From positions 7,068,001 to 7,132,000 of the forward strand of contig CM060731.1 of the NCBI GenBank assembly GCA_030704615.1: a stretch of DNA of 64,000 bases, given 5' to 3'. The translations under genes and the position numbers were made by a program. Source of the stretch: Takakia lepidozioides. Lineage: Eukaryota; Plantae; Bryophyta. Numbering within the stretch: the stretch's first letter is position 1; every line of letters begins with the position of its first letter. Under the pieces are notes generated by a model, which searched no databases, was not told the origin of the DNA, and saw only the letters and a program-made list of their open reading frames with translations. Shown here in pieces: positions 15,118-27,134 of this stretch.

Positions 15118-16893
15118 GGAGAGAGAGAGAGAGCACACTGACAATGGAGGTTGAATCAAACCTCAAAAATCCAGACACATGGAACTTGGAATCTTCTGCA
15201 TTCAACTAGTTTTTATCTGTTGAAGGATCTTAACACCTGTTAAATGGTTGCCCTGAATATATGTTGAGATTGTAATGCACCTAAATGAGAGGAATTTATG
15301 TGTGAAGGTTGTAGCTAATGCAGGGTTTATGAGAGGATTTACTGACGAATCAAAATACCAATAGATTAAAACGGTGTGACAACTGCTCTAGCTGGTCAAG
15401 ACAAAGATCCAATGCAATGATCTTCCACTCTCGAAAATGAAGTGAGGATGGCAAGAAAGTGGGTATGGTGTGAAGGGTGGTGTCCTGCCTGTTGCAGTAC
15501 ATTTCTTGTGTTCTCGCTCTGCTTGCCTGCCAGCACTGTAAATGACGGAAAAAATCCTCTCAAATAACTCACAAAATGAAGGTTCTGGTTGAGGCAAGCA
15601 GCCTGAAGTCAATGGATCCCTGTCCTGAAGGAAAGTCGACACAGTTTGCTTACACATCGCGCAGATCTCAAATCTGCAGGACTATGTGGGTCCCCCGGTA
15701 TGGTGAGTGTGGAGGCAGAGATCCTGCAGGCCGTGTTCTATATTACCTCCGCCCTCCAATGCACGAGCTCACGAAGCTGTCACCACTCATCATCATTGCA
15801 GGCTTCGCTATTTCTGTTGTCTCCCCGGAGTCTCTCACATGCTTTCATAATTACCAGCTTTCGAAATGCATCTTTGCGAGCTCCATAAAGTTCATTGGCA
15901 GTTACGGTGCAATCACTAGCGTTTGAGGAAGCAACCAGAGACCAAAATTGAACAAAGGAGAGGGTTTCTCATAAAGGAGTTTGCATGGAGCTTCGAGCAA
16001 CAAGCAAAGTCAAGACTAAACATCGACTGGCTGCAAATTGGAACCTCTTTCTTCATCCTTGTCCCTCGCATTATGGCAGCGAGCTGCGGCTCTCTACCGA
16101 GTTTACAAGGAGACGCAATCGCCAAGGCCATGTCATTTCTTTCCGATGAATTGGCGGGGGGCCTTGTGTCATGCAGCAGATTAACGGGTCATGCTACGGG
16201 TCATGCTGGATCTGAAATGGAGACCCAGCTTGGAAATGCCGGCTCCGAGAGAGTTGCAAGTCATGGCTATGACGACTGCCTACCTCCCAGGGATTTCGAA
16301 GAAAAGTGGAGGCGTGTAAACTCTCTGCTTACTTTTCTGAGTATCTGAATTGTGTGCTTTTGGAGCGATCTGGGTTCAAATTGGCTTTGTCATTCCAGCA
16401 GAAATTGGAGGCGTTTTACTCGAAGAAGTTTACATTATGGTCTTACATTGGAGGTACGTGAACTCCAAGGGTGAGTGCAAACTAGCTGCTAAATGTCTCT
16501 AGGTGGTGTTTGCATGCAGGCGCAACAATGAGCAGAGATCGGCCCTGGCAGGAGTTATGGACAGATCCTTCACTGTGATTGATAAGGTGACCCTAGCTTC
16601 ACTCAGGGCATCTTAGGATTTTTTGGATTGGATTGTTATCTCAATCATTGCGAATTTTAGTATGTATGTCAGAAATCAAGAAAGGACAATTGCTACCAGT
16701 ATTTTCTTGTTAACAGATCATGAAACAGCAGCTTGCTCGATGTTGTTCCCTGTTTTTGAAATCTTTTTGGAGCTTTGGTGCTGTAGACTCGCCTATGTGA
16801 GGCCGAGGTTCAAGTAGCAGCCCTTAGTGGTTTTCACAGAAAAGTCCAAGATCACCAGACTTTACGCATAAGGGCACAAAGGAGGGTCTGTGG

Positions 16894-19485
16894 ATGGAGG
16901 GTTGGTCAGCCCTTCCTTGGCTGAAAGAAGAGGTAGCTGCCAGGATACAAGGCCAAGCACACTCTGGTGAAGTGAGGACACTATGTACGACAGGACAATT
17001 GAAAGAGGTTCTGCACATTTTGGACCAACGAGGCATTGCAGCAGACTCCAATACTTATGTCTGTCTCTTGCGGCAGTGCATCAAAATGAGAAGCCTAGCA
17101 GAGGGAAAACAGGTGCATGCCCACATCATCCATTGTGGATTCAAGCCAAATGCATTGACACTTAATACTCTTGTCAACATGTATGCCAAATGCGGGAGGT
17201 TGGGGGATGCACGTGAAGTGTTTGATAAAATGCCTGAACGAGATATGTTTACTTGGAGTATAATGATAGCAGGATATGCCAAGCATGGGTGTGGTAGGGA
17301 GGCATTTGAGATGTATGAGCAAATGATAAAGGAAGGGGTGACAGCCAACAGTATCACATTTATTTCTGTTCTGAAGGCTTGCGCCAGCCTTGGAGCTCTG
17401 GGAAAGGGCAAAGAGGTCCATGCTGACATCATCAAAGCTGGAATTCCACTGGGTACCAAATTGGAGAATACCCTTGTACACATGTATGCCAAATGTGGGA
17501 GTATAAAGGATGCACGCCAAGTGTTTGACAATATAGCTCAACGGAGTGTGATCTCCTGGAACGCCATTATTGCAGGATATGGTCAGCATGGGTGTGGTAA
17601 GAAGGCTTTGGAAATGTATGACCAAATGACATGGGAAGGAGTGACACCGGACAAGGTCACGTTCATTTGTGTTCTCAATGTGTGTGCCAGCCTGGCAGCC
17701 CTTGGAAAGGGCAAAGAGATCCATTTCGACATTGTCAAATCTGGAATTGTGCCAGATGTCATTCTGGAGACTGCCCTTGCTGACATGTATGCTAAATGTG
17801 GGAGCATGCAGGTTGCACGGCAAGTATTTGACAATATGACTGAACGAAATGTGGTGTCATGGAATGCAATGATCACAGGATATGCTCAGCATGGGTGTGG
17901 TAGGGAGGCCCGTCAACTATTTGAACAAATGCAGCAGGAAGGATTGGAGCTGAATGTAGTCTCATGGAATGTCATGATTGCAGGATATGCTCAGCATGGG
18001 TATGGTAGGGAGGCTTTGGAGATGTATGAGCGAATGACAGAGGAAGGAGTGACACCCAACAAGGTCTCATTCACCTGTATTCTCAATGCGTGTGCCAGCC
18101 TGGTAGCCCTGGAAAAGGGCAAAGAGGTCCATGCTGAGATCATCAAAACTGGAATTCCACCGGATGTCATTCTGCAAAATAGCCTTGTCGATATGTATGC
18201 CAAATGTGGGAGCCTGAAGGATGCATGTCAAGTGTTCAACAGTATGGCTGAAAAAACTGTGGTGTCATGGAATGTGATGATAGCAGGATATGGTCAGCAT
18301 GGGTGTGCTAGGGAGGCTTTGGAGATTTATGAGCAAATGATACAGGGAGGGATGAAGCCCAACAAGGTCACATTCAATTGCATTCTCAATTCTTGCGCTA
18401 GATTGGCAGCCCTAGATAGGGGCATAGAGGTCCATGGTGACATCGCAAAAGCTGGGATTGTTCCAGATATGATTCTAGAGACTACTCTCATCAACATGCT
18501 TGCCAAATGTGGAAACATAAAGGATGCACGCCAAGTGTTTGACCATATGGCTGGTAGAGATGTGGTCTCATGGAATACGATGATCGCAGGATATGCTGAG
18601 CACGGGTGTGGTATGGAGGCCCTGCTACTATTTGAACAGATGCAGCAGGAAGGTTTGAAGCCGAATGGTATCACCTTTATATGTGTCCTCTCGGCTTGTA
18701 GTCATGTGGGCCTAGTTGATGAAGGCTGTCACTACTTTCATTCAATGAGTCAAGATCATGCCCTCAGTCCAATGGTGCAGCATTTTGGCTGCATGGTGGA
18801 CCTTCTTGGTCGTGCTGGGGGATTGGAGGAAGCTGAGAAGTTCATTAACAAAATGCCAGTGGAACCAGATGCTTCGGTGTGGGGGGCCTTGCTGGGTGCC
18901 TGCAAAATCCATGGCAATGTAGAGGTAGCAGAACGTGCGGCAAAATCCATTCTCAAGTGGGATCCAGAAGACACGGGAGTGTATGTGCTGCTATCGAACA
19001 TCTATGCTGCTGCTGGCAGGTGGGATGATACAGCAATGGTGAGAAAAATGATGGAGGACAAAGGTGTCAGAAAGAAGCCAGGGTACAGCTGCATTGAGGT
19101 GGACACACGAGTGCATACGTTTGTTGTAGGCGACAAATTGCATCCACGAATTGATGAAATTCACGCCGAGCTGAAGAGATTGTCTTTGCGGATGAAGAAG
19201 GCAGGTTATGTGCCTGACACACGGTTTGTATTGCATGATGTGGAGGAGGAGCAAAAGGAAATTTCTCTTTGCTACCACAGTGAGAGGCTGGCCATTGCAT
19301 TCGGGCTCATCAGCACGCCCCCTGGGATGCCTATCCGCGTCATCAAAAACCTTCGGGTGTGTGGTGACTGCCACACAACCACCAAGTTCATCTCAAAGAT
19401 TGTTGAACGAGCAGTTGTTGTAAGGGATGCCAACCGCTTTCACCACTTCAAAGACGGGGTTTGTTCTTGTGGGGACTACTGGTGA
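16894..19485 (+). CDS. PLS-class pentatricopeptide repeat protein with E1-E2-DYW cytidine deaminase (organellar C-to-U RNA editing factor); may have short upstream coding exons (~16437-16453, 16520-16586, acceptor ~16838)
   Basis: Repeated P-L-S triplets (MYAKCG, VSWNxMIAGY, VTFxxVL), P2-L2-S2, PG box KKPGYSCIEV, HSERLA, CGDCH, C-terminal DYW. The upstream exons splice in frame. Confidence 0.97.
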   Translation: MEGWSALPWLKEEVAARIQGQAHSGEVRTLCTTGQLKEVLHILDQRGIAADSNTYVCLLRQCIKMRSLAEGKQVHAHIIHCGFKPNALTLNTLVNMYAKCGRLGDAREVFDKMPERDMFTWSIMIAGYAKHGCGREAFEMYEQMIKEGVTANSITFISVLKACASLGALGKGKEVHADIIKAGIPLGTKLENTLVHMYAKCGSIKDARQVFDNIAQRSVISWNAIIAGYGQHGCGKKALEMYDQMTWEGVTPDKVTFICVLNVCASLAALGKGKEIHFDIVKSGIVPDVILETALADMYAKCGSMQVARQVFDNMTERNVVSWNAMITGYAQHGCGREARQLFEQMQQEGLELNVVSWNVMIAGYAQHGYGREALEMYERMTEEGVTPNKVSFTCILNACASLVALEKGKEVHAEIIKTGIPPDVILQNSLVDMYAKCGSLKDACQVFNSMAEKTVVSWNVMIAGYGQHGCAREALEIYEQMIQGGMKPNKVTFNCILNSCARLAALDRGIEVHGDIAKAGIVPDMILETTLINMLAKCGNIKDARQVFDHMAGRDVVSWNTMIAGYAEHGCGMEALLLFEQMQQEGLKPNGITFICVLSACSHVGLVDEGCHYFHSMSQDHALSPMVQHFGCMVDLLGRAGGLEEAEKFINKMPVEPDASVWGALLGACKIHGNVEVAERAAKSILKWDPEDTGVYVLLSNIYAAAGRWDDTAMVRKMMEDKGVRKKPGYSCIEVDTRVHTFVVGDKLHPRIDEIHAELKRLSLRMKKAGYVPDTRFVLHDVEEEQKEISLCYHSERLAIAFGLISTPPGMPIRVIKNLRVCGDCHTTTKFISKIVERAVVVRDANRFHHFKDGVCSCGDYW

Positions 19486-19599
19486 AATCATTATATTTGT
19501 AATCCAATAGTTAAGTTGACAGAACTATTGAGTTGCTGAATGCAGACCCAAAATTTGTGCATCTTCCTGGTCTGTGATTCATCTACGACAAAGTAGCCC

Positions 19600-21530
19600 T
19601 CACAAATGGGATGTTGTCTTGATGTGACTCTTGCATACAAAGGGGCTGTGTGTGATCATGCAGACCCTTACGTACCTGCACCAAGTCAACCGATGGAATG
19701 CCAGAGGCGTTTCTAATCACGCATACCAAGTATTTTTGGGAAACAGACGTACCTCGGATCCCCCATCTGCGGCTCAAGCTGTCGCTTGTCTTACAAAGTC
19801 TCATGACCCGTAGCATATTCTGGATTTCTGGATTAGCAGGGAAGCACTCATTCTCTCCCATAGGTGTTCGTCTTTAATCCTAATGGACTACGCGACCCGT
19901 TTATCCAGCACCGCAAGTTTGCCATCTTTGGAAGGTCTCGCTGTGGATGCAATGTCAGCAGCAGGACAAGTGTCCCCATGTTTGTATTCATGGGACATGG
20001 AGGGACAGATTCTGTGCGCTCAAGATGTTGGATACCCCACTTCTGTAATACAGATTCAAGATCTGTAAATTGTGCCTCATGCCTAGCAACGTGAACAGCA
20101 TGCAGGCTTTCTCGGGCATCATTAAGTGCATGATGTATGCAGGATTCCCCGAAGTCAAGAGATCCTGCACATGTACCAACTCAGATGAGAAAGAGGCAAT
20201 CAAAGTAAATACAGCAAAGTCCACCATGGCAGTGCTGTTAGTAAGTAGCACAACCTCATATCCTAAATATTGCAAATACTGGACATACCAGGTGGGCAAG
20301 GAAGCCACCCCATGTCGAGGTCCTCACGATGCCTCAAAATATCCGTGAACTTCTTGAGTGCTTTATCAATCACGGCTGCACCGTTACTTGGTCCATTACT
20401 TGGTCCACTTCCACACCACAATATCTTAAAAGCAGGAGGATTAAGAATGGCAAGGTCATGGACAGCTCTGCCTTGGACAGAACGCATAAAGCCATGAAGC
20501 CTATGGAGAGTGCGATCAGAATCCTTTTCTGACCATCTAAAAGGGCTGCAACTGTTTCATGCACCTCAATTTGGGCTTCCTCATATGGCGGCATGCCACC
20601 ATATAGAAAGTATCCAAGGTCCAGGAAATTCTCCCCCGCATTTCTAATGACAGCATGACCCTCCTCTGTGTGTAGAAGTTGTTCTTGGAGGTCACCCAAC
20701 AGACTGTTTCTGTATTGAAAGGGGAGTTCTCTTGTCAACATGACACATCCAGATCTGACGCAAGACTGCGGAGTCTTGGGAGATGGAGCGCTTTTCCGAG
20801 TCCCCGCCAGAATGTCCATCAACTTCTGGGCTTCCTCCTTACAATGTGTAAACATATAAGGGAACACCTCTGGGATGTCACCCGCTTTAATAATTTGGTA
20901 TGGAGGGGACCAGCCCCATGTAGCCTCCTGATGCACGCGCCTATCCCATTTTGCCATATTGTCATCCACAAACTGACTTCTACGAGTCTCCAACTCAGAC
21001 TGAGCTGCAACAAGCTTCAGTTAACAATCCAACAATGTTGTAGTATAGTTGTGATGGGCAAGGACATCCATGCACTCCTGCAACTGAGCAGCATGGTCAC
21101 GAGAAACTCCAGGATGTATGGCAAATGCATCCAATATCTTTTGCACAACTGCCTTCTCGTCAGGAGGTGCAACATGTTCCTTGCCCGCCATTGCAAGCCC
21201 ATGCTAAATTAGAGTAATAGTAGTACAGAAATGCATGGAGGCAAAGTACTTAATGACGAATGTAGGGACACAAATCATCAAAAAGGAAATAGAGAACCAA
21301 AAATGCAGGCCATGAAGAAGAGGTATTACCCTTTGTTTAACACACCATTGACCATAGGCATTGCCCATCATGACGCCTGAAAACTCAAAGCTCCCCACAA
21401 GTGCGACAAGACGATCCAAGATATCTCCCAGTGAAGGGAATCCCTCCGGCAACAACTTGAACTTCATTAGATAGCTCAGTCCTGAGGACCTACGGGTTTG
21501 GGAGACACAACAATATCAGAGGTGAGTAGC
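19600..21530 (-). pseudogene. Degenerate coding sequence of unknown family, cut off at its 5' side by the LTR element at 21540
   Basis: Protein-like frames (20370-20993, 20263-20487, 21204-21467) joined by frameshifts, stops and an intron-like AT-rich gap; no family recognised. Confidence 0.35.
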
Positions 21531-21539
21531 AACGAAGCT

Positions 21540-23003
21540 GTTGTCATGGTTTTAGTCATGGTTAACTAGAATTACCTACTTCTAGTTAACTAGGACATTT
21601 TAGATATTTGTATTTATATTTTGTGTGTTGGGACTTGTGAGGTATCAAGCCTCACTTGGGAATGGGGATGGTTTTCCCCTTGTGAGGGTTGAGGAGGGCT
21701 CATCTTCTTGTAGTTGAGCCTCCATAAGCATCTCTCACCTCCATAGCTCTAGGTATTGAGAGGAAGTGTGTTGAGGGCTTTGTAGGGTGGATTCCCTTAG
21801 CAAGGGTGCCATTGGCTTGACTTAGTTTATGTGATTGAGTGGATTCATGAGTGGAGTGTTTTCATTGTGTTCACTTTCATTATCACTACAAGAAGATGAC
21901 CTTCTGCTTGTGAGTGCGGAGTGTAAGGATTAGTTTAACACTTATATTGGTGTACACCAAGGAGTGAGAGAACTAGGAAAAGCTCAAGTATCTCACAAGG
22001 CTTGCAAAGTGTTGCAAGGAAAGGTGCTTGGTGAAGTTGCATGCACCAAGGAATTGGAGAGCTACGAGAATTTAGGTCTTGTATCACAAGGCTTGCAAAG
22101 GTTGCAAGGAAAGGTACTTGTGGTGTTACACCAAGGTGTTGGAGAGCTCAAGAAGGAGCTTGTACCACAAGATTTGCAAGGATTGCAAAAGGGAAATCTT
22201 GTGTGTGTGGAAGCATGGATTTTAGGGATTGATAATCATTTCTATGCATTATAGAGTCAATGGTGTGTGCCATGGCATGTGGAGAGCAACTAAAGGATTG
22301 TTAGTGCTCATTTCACTATCAATCTAGGGTTAAGTAAGTTCAAAGTGTGGAAGAGAAGCCAAGGAGCTGCATAGGCTTGGGCTTGAAGACAACAAGGGCA
22401 AGTATTTGGAGAGCATTAGGAAGTTCAAGAGGTTTGGAGGGGAGAATGTGATGACCAATCAGACCATCATTGTTTCTCTTATGGTGAAGCTGGGTTGATG
22501 ACCAGCAGACCATATGAGTGCTTGCGGTGGATGCAGGTGCGGGTGCAGGTTTACGTTAGAAACCTAGTATTCTAAACCGTAAGCCGCAATAGATTATCTA
22601 CCTGGTGGAAAAGGGAATTAGAGACAGGTTTACAACCGGCGTGGTTGTGAGTCATCACGGATGTGCCACCTGTTGTTGAGGGGAGTGCCGGTACGAGCAC
22701 CACCGATACTAGTGGGTATACAAGACGAGGTGTGCGGTTTAGGCCACCGTCATCTTTAGTGTCTTCTGAGGAAGGTTCAGACTCAGAGTTAGGAGGATTC
22801 TCGCCAAGGGTACAAGCCATTTCCGTGCCATTGTTGTGGGATAGGATGGAGGAAATGGATGAAGCTACCAAGGGGCCACGTCGGTATTCTGGAACTGTGG
22901 GCACCATCGAGCTTGATGATTTTATACATGAGTTTTGATAATTGGTGTGATTTGCAACAGATATGTAATCCACAACTGTTTACGCCTTTTATGGAGTGGA
23001 AGG
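21540..23003 (+). mobile_element. 5' part (LTR/leader + start of gag) of a gypsy-type element of the same family as the DNMT-carrying element at 43983-52767; truncated by the chromovirus insertion
   Basis: gag start GYTRRGVRFRPPS...KGPRRYSGTVGTIELDDFIHEFDNWCDLQQ aligns with 49938-50510(-). Leader 22448-22660 aligns with 50490-50710(-). Three ~80-90-bp tandem units at ~21994-22205. Confidence 0.85.
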
Positions 23004-23588
23004 TGTCAAGGACGAAAACATGACTAAACACAAACAAGAGATCAGACTAGAGGCACAAGACTAGACAAGAAGTCAAGGTCGGCGTGGCCCAATGCATGAT
23101 GAGTAAATAGGAATCAAAACGATCTTTATAACAATGAACAAGAGTACAAGATATTGGAACACGACTTGAATACTGGAATGTTGGAAACTGGACTGGAGTA
23201 CCAGATACTGGAAACTGGGCTAGAGTATTGGGAACTGGAAACAAGAGTAGCTTGAACTGGTGTTGGCGAGACTGAAGAGTGTCCAGTCTCGCCTCCTATA
23301 TATACTGGCTACTAGGAGGTTCCCTAAGAGGCTTCCTCAAAAGAGGTTTCTTGATGGAGAAGTTTCCTTAAACAAAGGAGGTATCTTGATAGAGAAGTTT
23401 CTTCTAAAGGAAGCTTCCTGATTAGTTTCCCAAGTTACTCTCGGTAATTTGGTAAACTCCCGATAACTTGATAACTAATGGTAACTTATGGTAGATCATG
23501 GTAGATCATGGTAACTTTTGGTAACATTATAACTTAGTAACTTCTGGTATTTACTCCTGGTAAGTTCCTCTGGGCTATGTCCCTGACA
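23004..23588 (-). repeat. 3' LTR of the chromovirus with adjacent polypurine tract (23589-23602)
   Basis: Inverted termini TGTCAAGGAC...GTCCCTGACA. AGAGGAGGGGGTGA lies immediately upstream on the minus strand. Confidence 0.9.
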
Positions 23589-26500
23589 TCACCCCCTCCT
23601 CTAGCGCCGAGTTCTTCGAGGAGCGGTAAAATCTTGGACTTGCTTAGAGCTGGAGAAAATCCAAAATCCGGCAAATGGTACTTGTCAAGTATTCGGCTCT
23701 TCGTTCTTGACTCAAATGATTTACAGGTCCCTGCAACCATTGATAGTGTCCAACACCTTGAATTTGGGACCACGCAGTGATTTGAGCATTCTGATTTTCG
23801 AAATTGCCTTCAAACATTATTTCGTTGTCATTTGGGTCAGAAGCCTCAACCTCCAACAGAATTATCAGACTTCGAGTAGGCTTCATTTGCCGTCGTACGG
23901 GGTCCAGACGAGGAAGTACGCGTCGCATTGGTGGCCCATCATCTCGAGAGCGTCGGCGTGATGTTGAAGGTCGTGAGAGTCGGAACTGCTGATCTGGTAG
24001 TTGGGTAAGCTACAGCTCCAATGTATCTGGTTCATGTGACTCCATGCTGCCAATACAAGATGCAAGAGTGCTAGAAGTGTAGCTATATATATATATTGAT
24101 GTGTGATGTTCCTTCCTCCTTAGCGTGTATCAGGTACACTGAATGTTGAGTCTTCACCTTGAAGCTAACTTGGCTGACATCATCGTTGTGACGTCTTATT
24201 GACGAGTAGCTTCGGGCTTAGCTGGATATCGTTGATGAAACTCTTGGACTTTGTCAGATGCATTAGCGAGATTGGATGAAAGTTCCCACATTCGTTCGCT
24301 GATGTCGTAGCATTTCCAATGTACAAAATACTCAAGTCATTTATACTTGATGCGAGAGTCTATGACTTCGTCAACTTCATACGCGTTTTCTGGTTGACGT
24401 CGATTGATGGAGGTGGTACGGAGACTCTCCTTGGAATATTTGATGGATGATACAACTCCAATAATGAAACATGAAAGACTGGATGGATGCGCATACTTCG
24501 TGGGAGTTCAAGCCGAAAACTGACATGATTTATTTGTCGAATAATTTTGAATGGTCTCAGGCCTTGATAATCCAACTTCCTTGATGGTCGCGAGGTTTGT
24601 ATGTCTCGTCAAAGAAACCACACACGATCTCCGACCTTGAACTGAGGTTGGAGTTAACAATGTTGATGTACATACTCCTTGTATTGTTTTTGAGCTTCTG
24701 CGAGGTGGAATGTAAGCTCCTTGTGAATCATAGCAAGATGAGTAGCAACGTTTTCTACAGCAGGGCTTCCAACAGTTTTCATATGGAAAGGGTTTGCTCG
24801 AGGATGATGACCATAATTGGAGAAAAATGAAGTTTGCTTAGTCGAAGAATGTATAGTGTTGTTATAGACAAACTCGGCTAATGGCAGAAGGTCCGTCCAA
24901 TTATCTTGGTGATAATTTATCGTACAACAAAGATATTGCTCCAAAATCTGGATAATGCATTCGGTTTGACCATTAATCTGTGGATGATTAGCTGTAGAGA
25001 GGTTGATCTTAATATCCAATATATGAAATAATCCCCTCCAGAAATTTGATATGAACTGTGGTCCTCGATCAGATACGATGTCCTTCGGGAGTCCATGAAT
25101 ACAGTAGATATTATTGAGGAAGAGTCTTGCAATTTTCTCGCCAGTAACCGTCTTATTACATGGAATGAAATGTGTCATCTTCGTAAAACGATCCACAATA
25201 ACAAGGATTGAGTCGGTGGTCTTGGAAATTGGAAGGTCCGTAACATGTGTCACAAGATTTTACAAATTCTTTCACGAGTTTCCACACTTGCGGCCACCAA
25301 TAGTCCATGGATATCAATTCCATTGTTTTGTTGAAGCCGAAATGTCCTGCAGTCGGAAGATCATGACATGTTTGAAGAATTCGAAATCGTGTAGGTCCTG
25401 GAGATACATAGAGAAGTCCCTTGAAATAAAGTAAGTTATATTTGAATTTGAAGTCGTTTGTAATATGTGGGTTGTTTCGAGGTCGATTTAGTTGACTTCG
25501 TAATGTCGTGGCAAATTGGTCGCTCTTCAGTGCTTCTTGAATCTCCTTTATGATCTCTACATCGTCATAGGTGGTCATGGATAGCATATTCAATTGGGGA
25601 TTTGCTAGTTTCAAGATGATGAATTTATGTTGGTCCAAAGCTGCATCCTCTTCTTTTGGCGCAAGATACGATCGTCGAGAAAGAGTATCTGGTTTTCCTG
25701 GAAGATGTCTGGGATGATAGGTAGTAACAAAATCAAGCTTTGCTAGTGACATACTTCATCTCACTTGACGTCGATTCAAAACACGAGCACTTATAAAATA
25801 CTCGAGGTTTTTGTGGTCGTTATAGACAATGATCTGATGTTTAGCTCCCTCTAATAGATGATGTCATTCTTCAAAAACATCGATAATTACTAGAAGTTCT
25901 TTGTCATGGATTTCATAATTGATCTCCGCAGCGGAAAATTTGCGAGAACGAAAATCAACAGGGTGAAGTCGGCCATCTATACCATATTGAGATAATACCG
26001 CACAAAGTGCAAAATCCGATGCATCTGCTTCCAAAAAGAATGATTTAGATGGGTCTGCATGTACTTGGAGCCGTTGTAAATGCCTGCTTCAGCCTTTCAA
26101 ATATTTGGTCAGCCTTCTCGTCCCATACAAATTTGTCTTTCACTGTTAGTCGTGTCAATGATGCAGCAATTTTGGAATAGTCATTGATGAAGATTCTATA
26201 GAAATTTGCAAATCCTAGAAAACATTGTACATCTCGGACCAATTTAATCCATTCAATGATGGTTTGTATTTTCTTCTGATCCATAAAGACTCCTTCGTCG
26301 GAAATAATATAGCCCAAAAATTTGACTTCAGATTGGTGGAAAAGACATTTTTCCAATTTGGCATATAGTCTTTTTCCCTCAATTTATCAAGGACAAGGCG
26401 TACATGGCGACCATGTTCTTATTCATTATGTGAAAATATCAAAATGTCATCCAAATATATGACTACAAAGTCATCTAAAAATTCTCGAAAGATGTCATTC

Positions 26501-27134
26501 ATCATGTGTTCAAAAATTGCTGGAACATTTGTAAAACCGAAAGGCATAACACTGTATTCAAAATGTCCGTACCTTGTGCGAAAAACAGTCTTCCATTCGT
26601 CTCCTTCTTTTATTCGTACAAGGTTGTAAGCTCATCTCAAGTCGATCTTTGTGAAAAAAATTTGCTCGTCCAAGTTGTTCGAGGAGTCCAAGAATCAGCG
26701 GTAATGGGTAACGATTTTTTATAGTGACTTTGTTGAGCTCGCGATAGCTGCTGCTGCTCAGTCACCCCCCCCCCCCCCCCCCTCCGTCTCACATGCGTAA
26801 CGATCCGTCCTTCGTAGATAGGTGCTCTCGCGGGTGATTTCGAATGTCGAATGAAATTCTTTGACAAATTTTTATCAATGTATTCGCGTAAAGCAACCAG
26901 CTCCGTTTGAGATAAATTATAGATCGGGCCGAATGGTGGTTGAGCTCCTTCTTGCAACTCAATTGCACAATCATAAGGTCGATGTTCTGGCAACATGTCT
27001 GTATTTTTCTTCTCGAAGACATCCTTGAAATCTTAATATTGAGTGGGTAATGTCGAAGTACCTTGGTCTGTTGTGGTTTTGATCGGAGTCGCATAAAGTG
27101 CAAATATCGCGTCTTTTTTCGTAGCTCTCATAAA
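23004..27134 (-). mobile_element. Ty3/gypsy chromovirus (Tcn1-like): 3' LTR, chromodomain, integrase, RNaseH, RT; gag, protease and 5' LTR missing; degenerate
   Basis: [13 protein letters not shown]...PIYNLS (RT start), [16 protein letters not shown], integrase [19 protein letters not shown] and a chromodomain (EYFVHWKCYDISERMWE) at ~24250-24400. Confidence 0.93.

Noticed and set aside
26742-26790. Poly-C/GCT insert in the chromovirus RT as a functional recoding signal
   Set aside because: It disrupts conserved RT sequence in an already degenerate copy; more likely filler DNA or a sequencing artefact.
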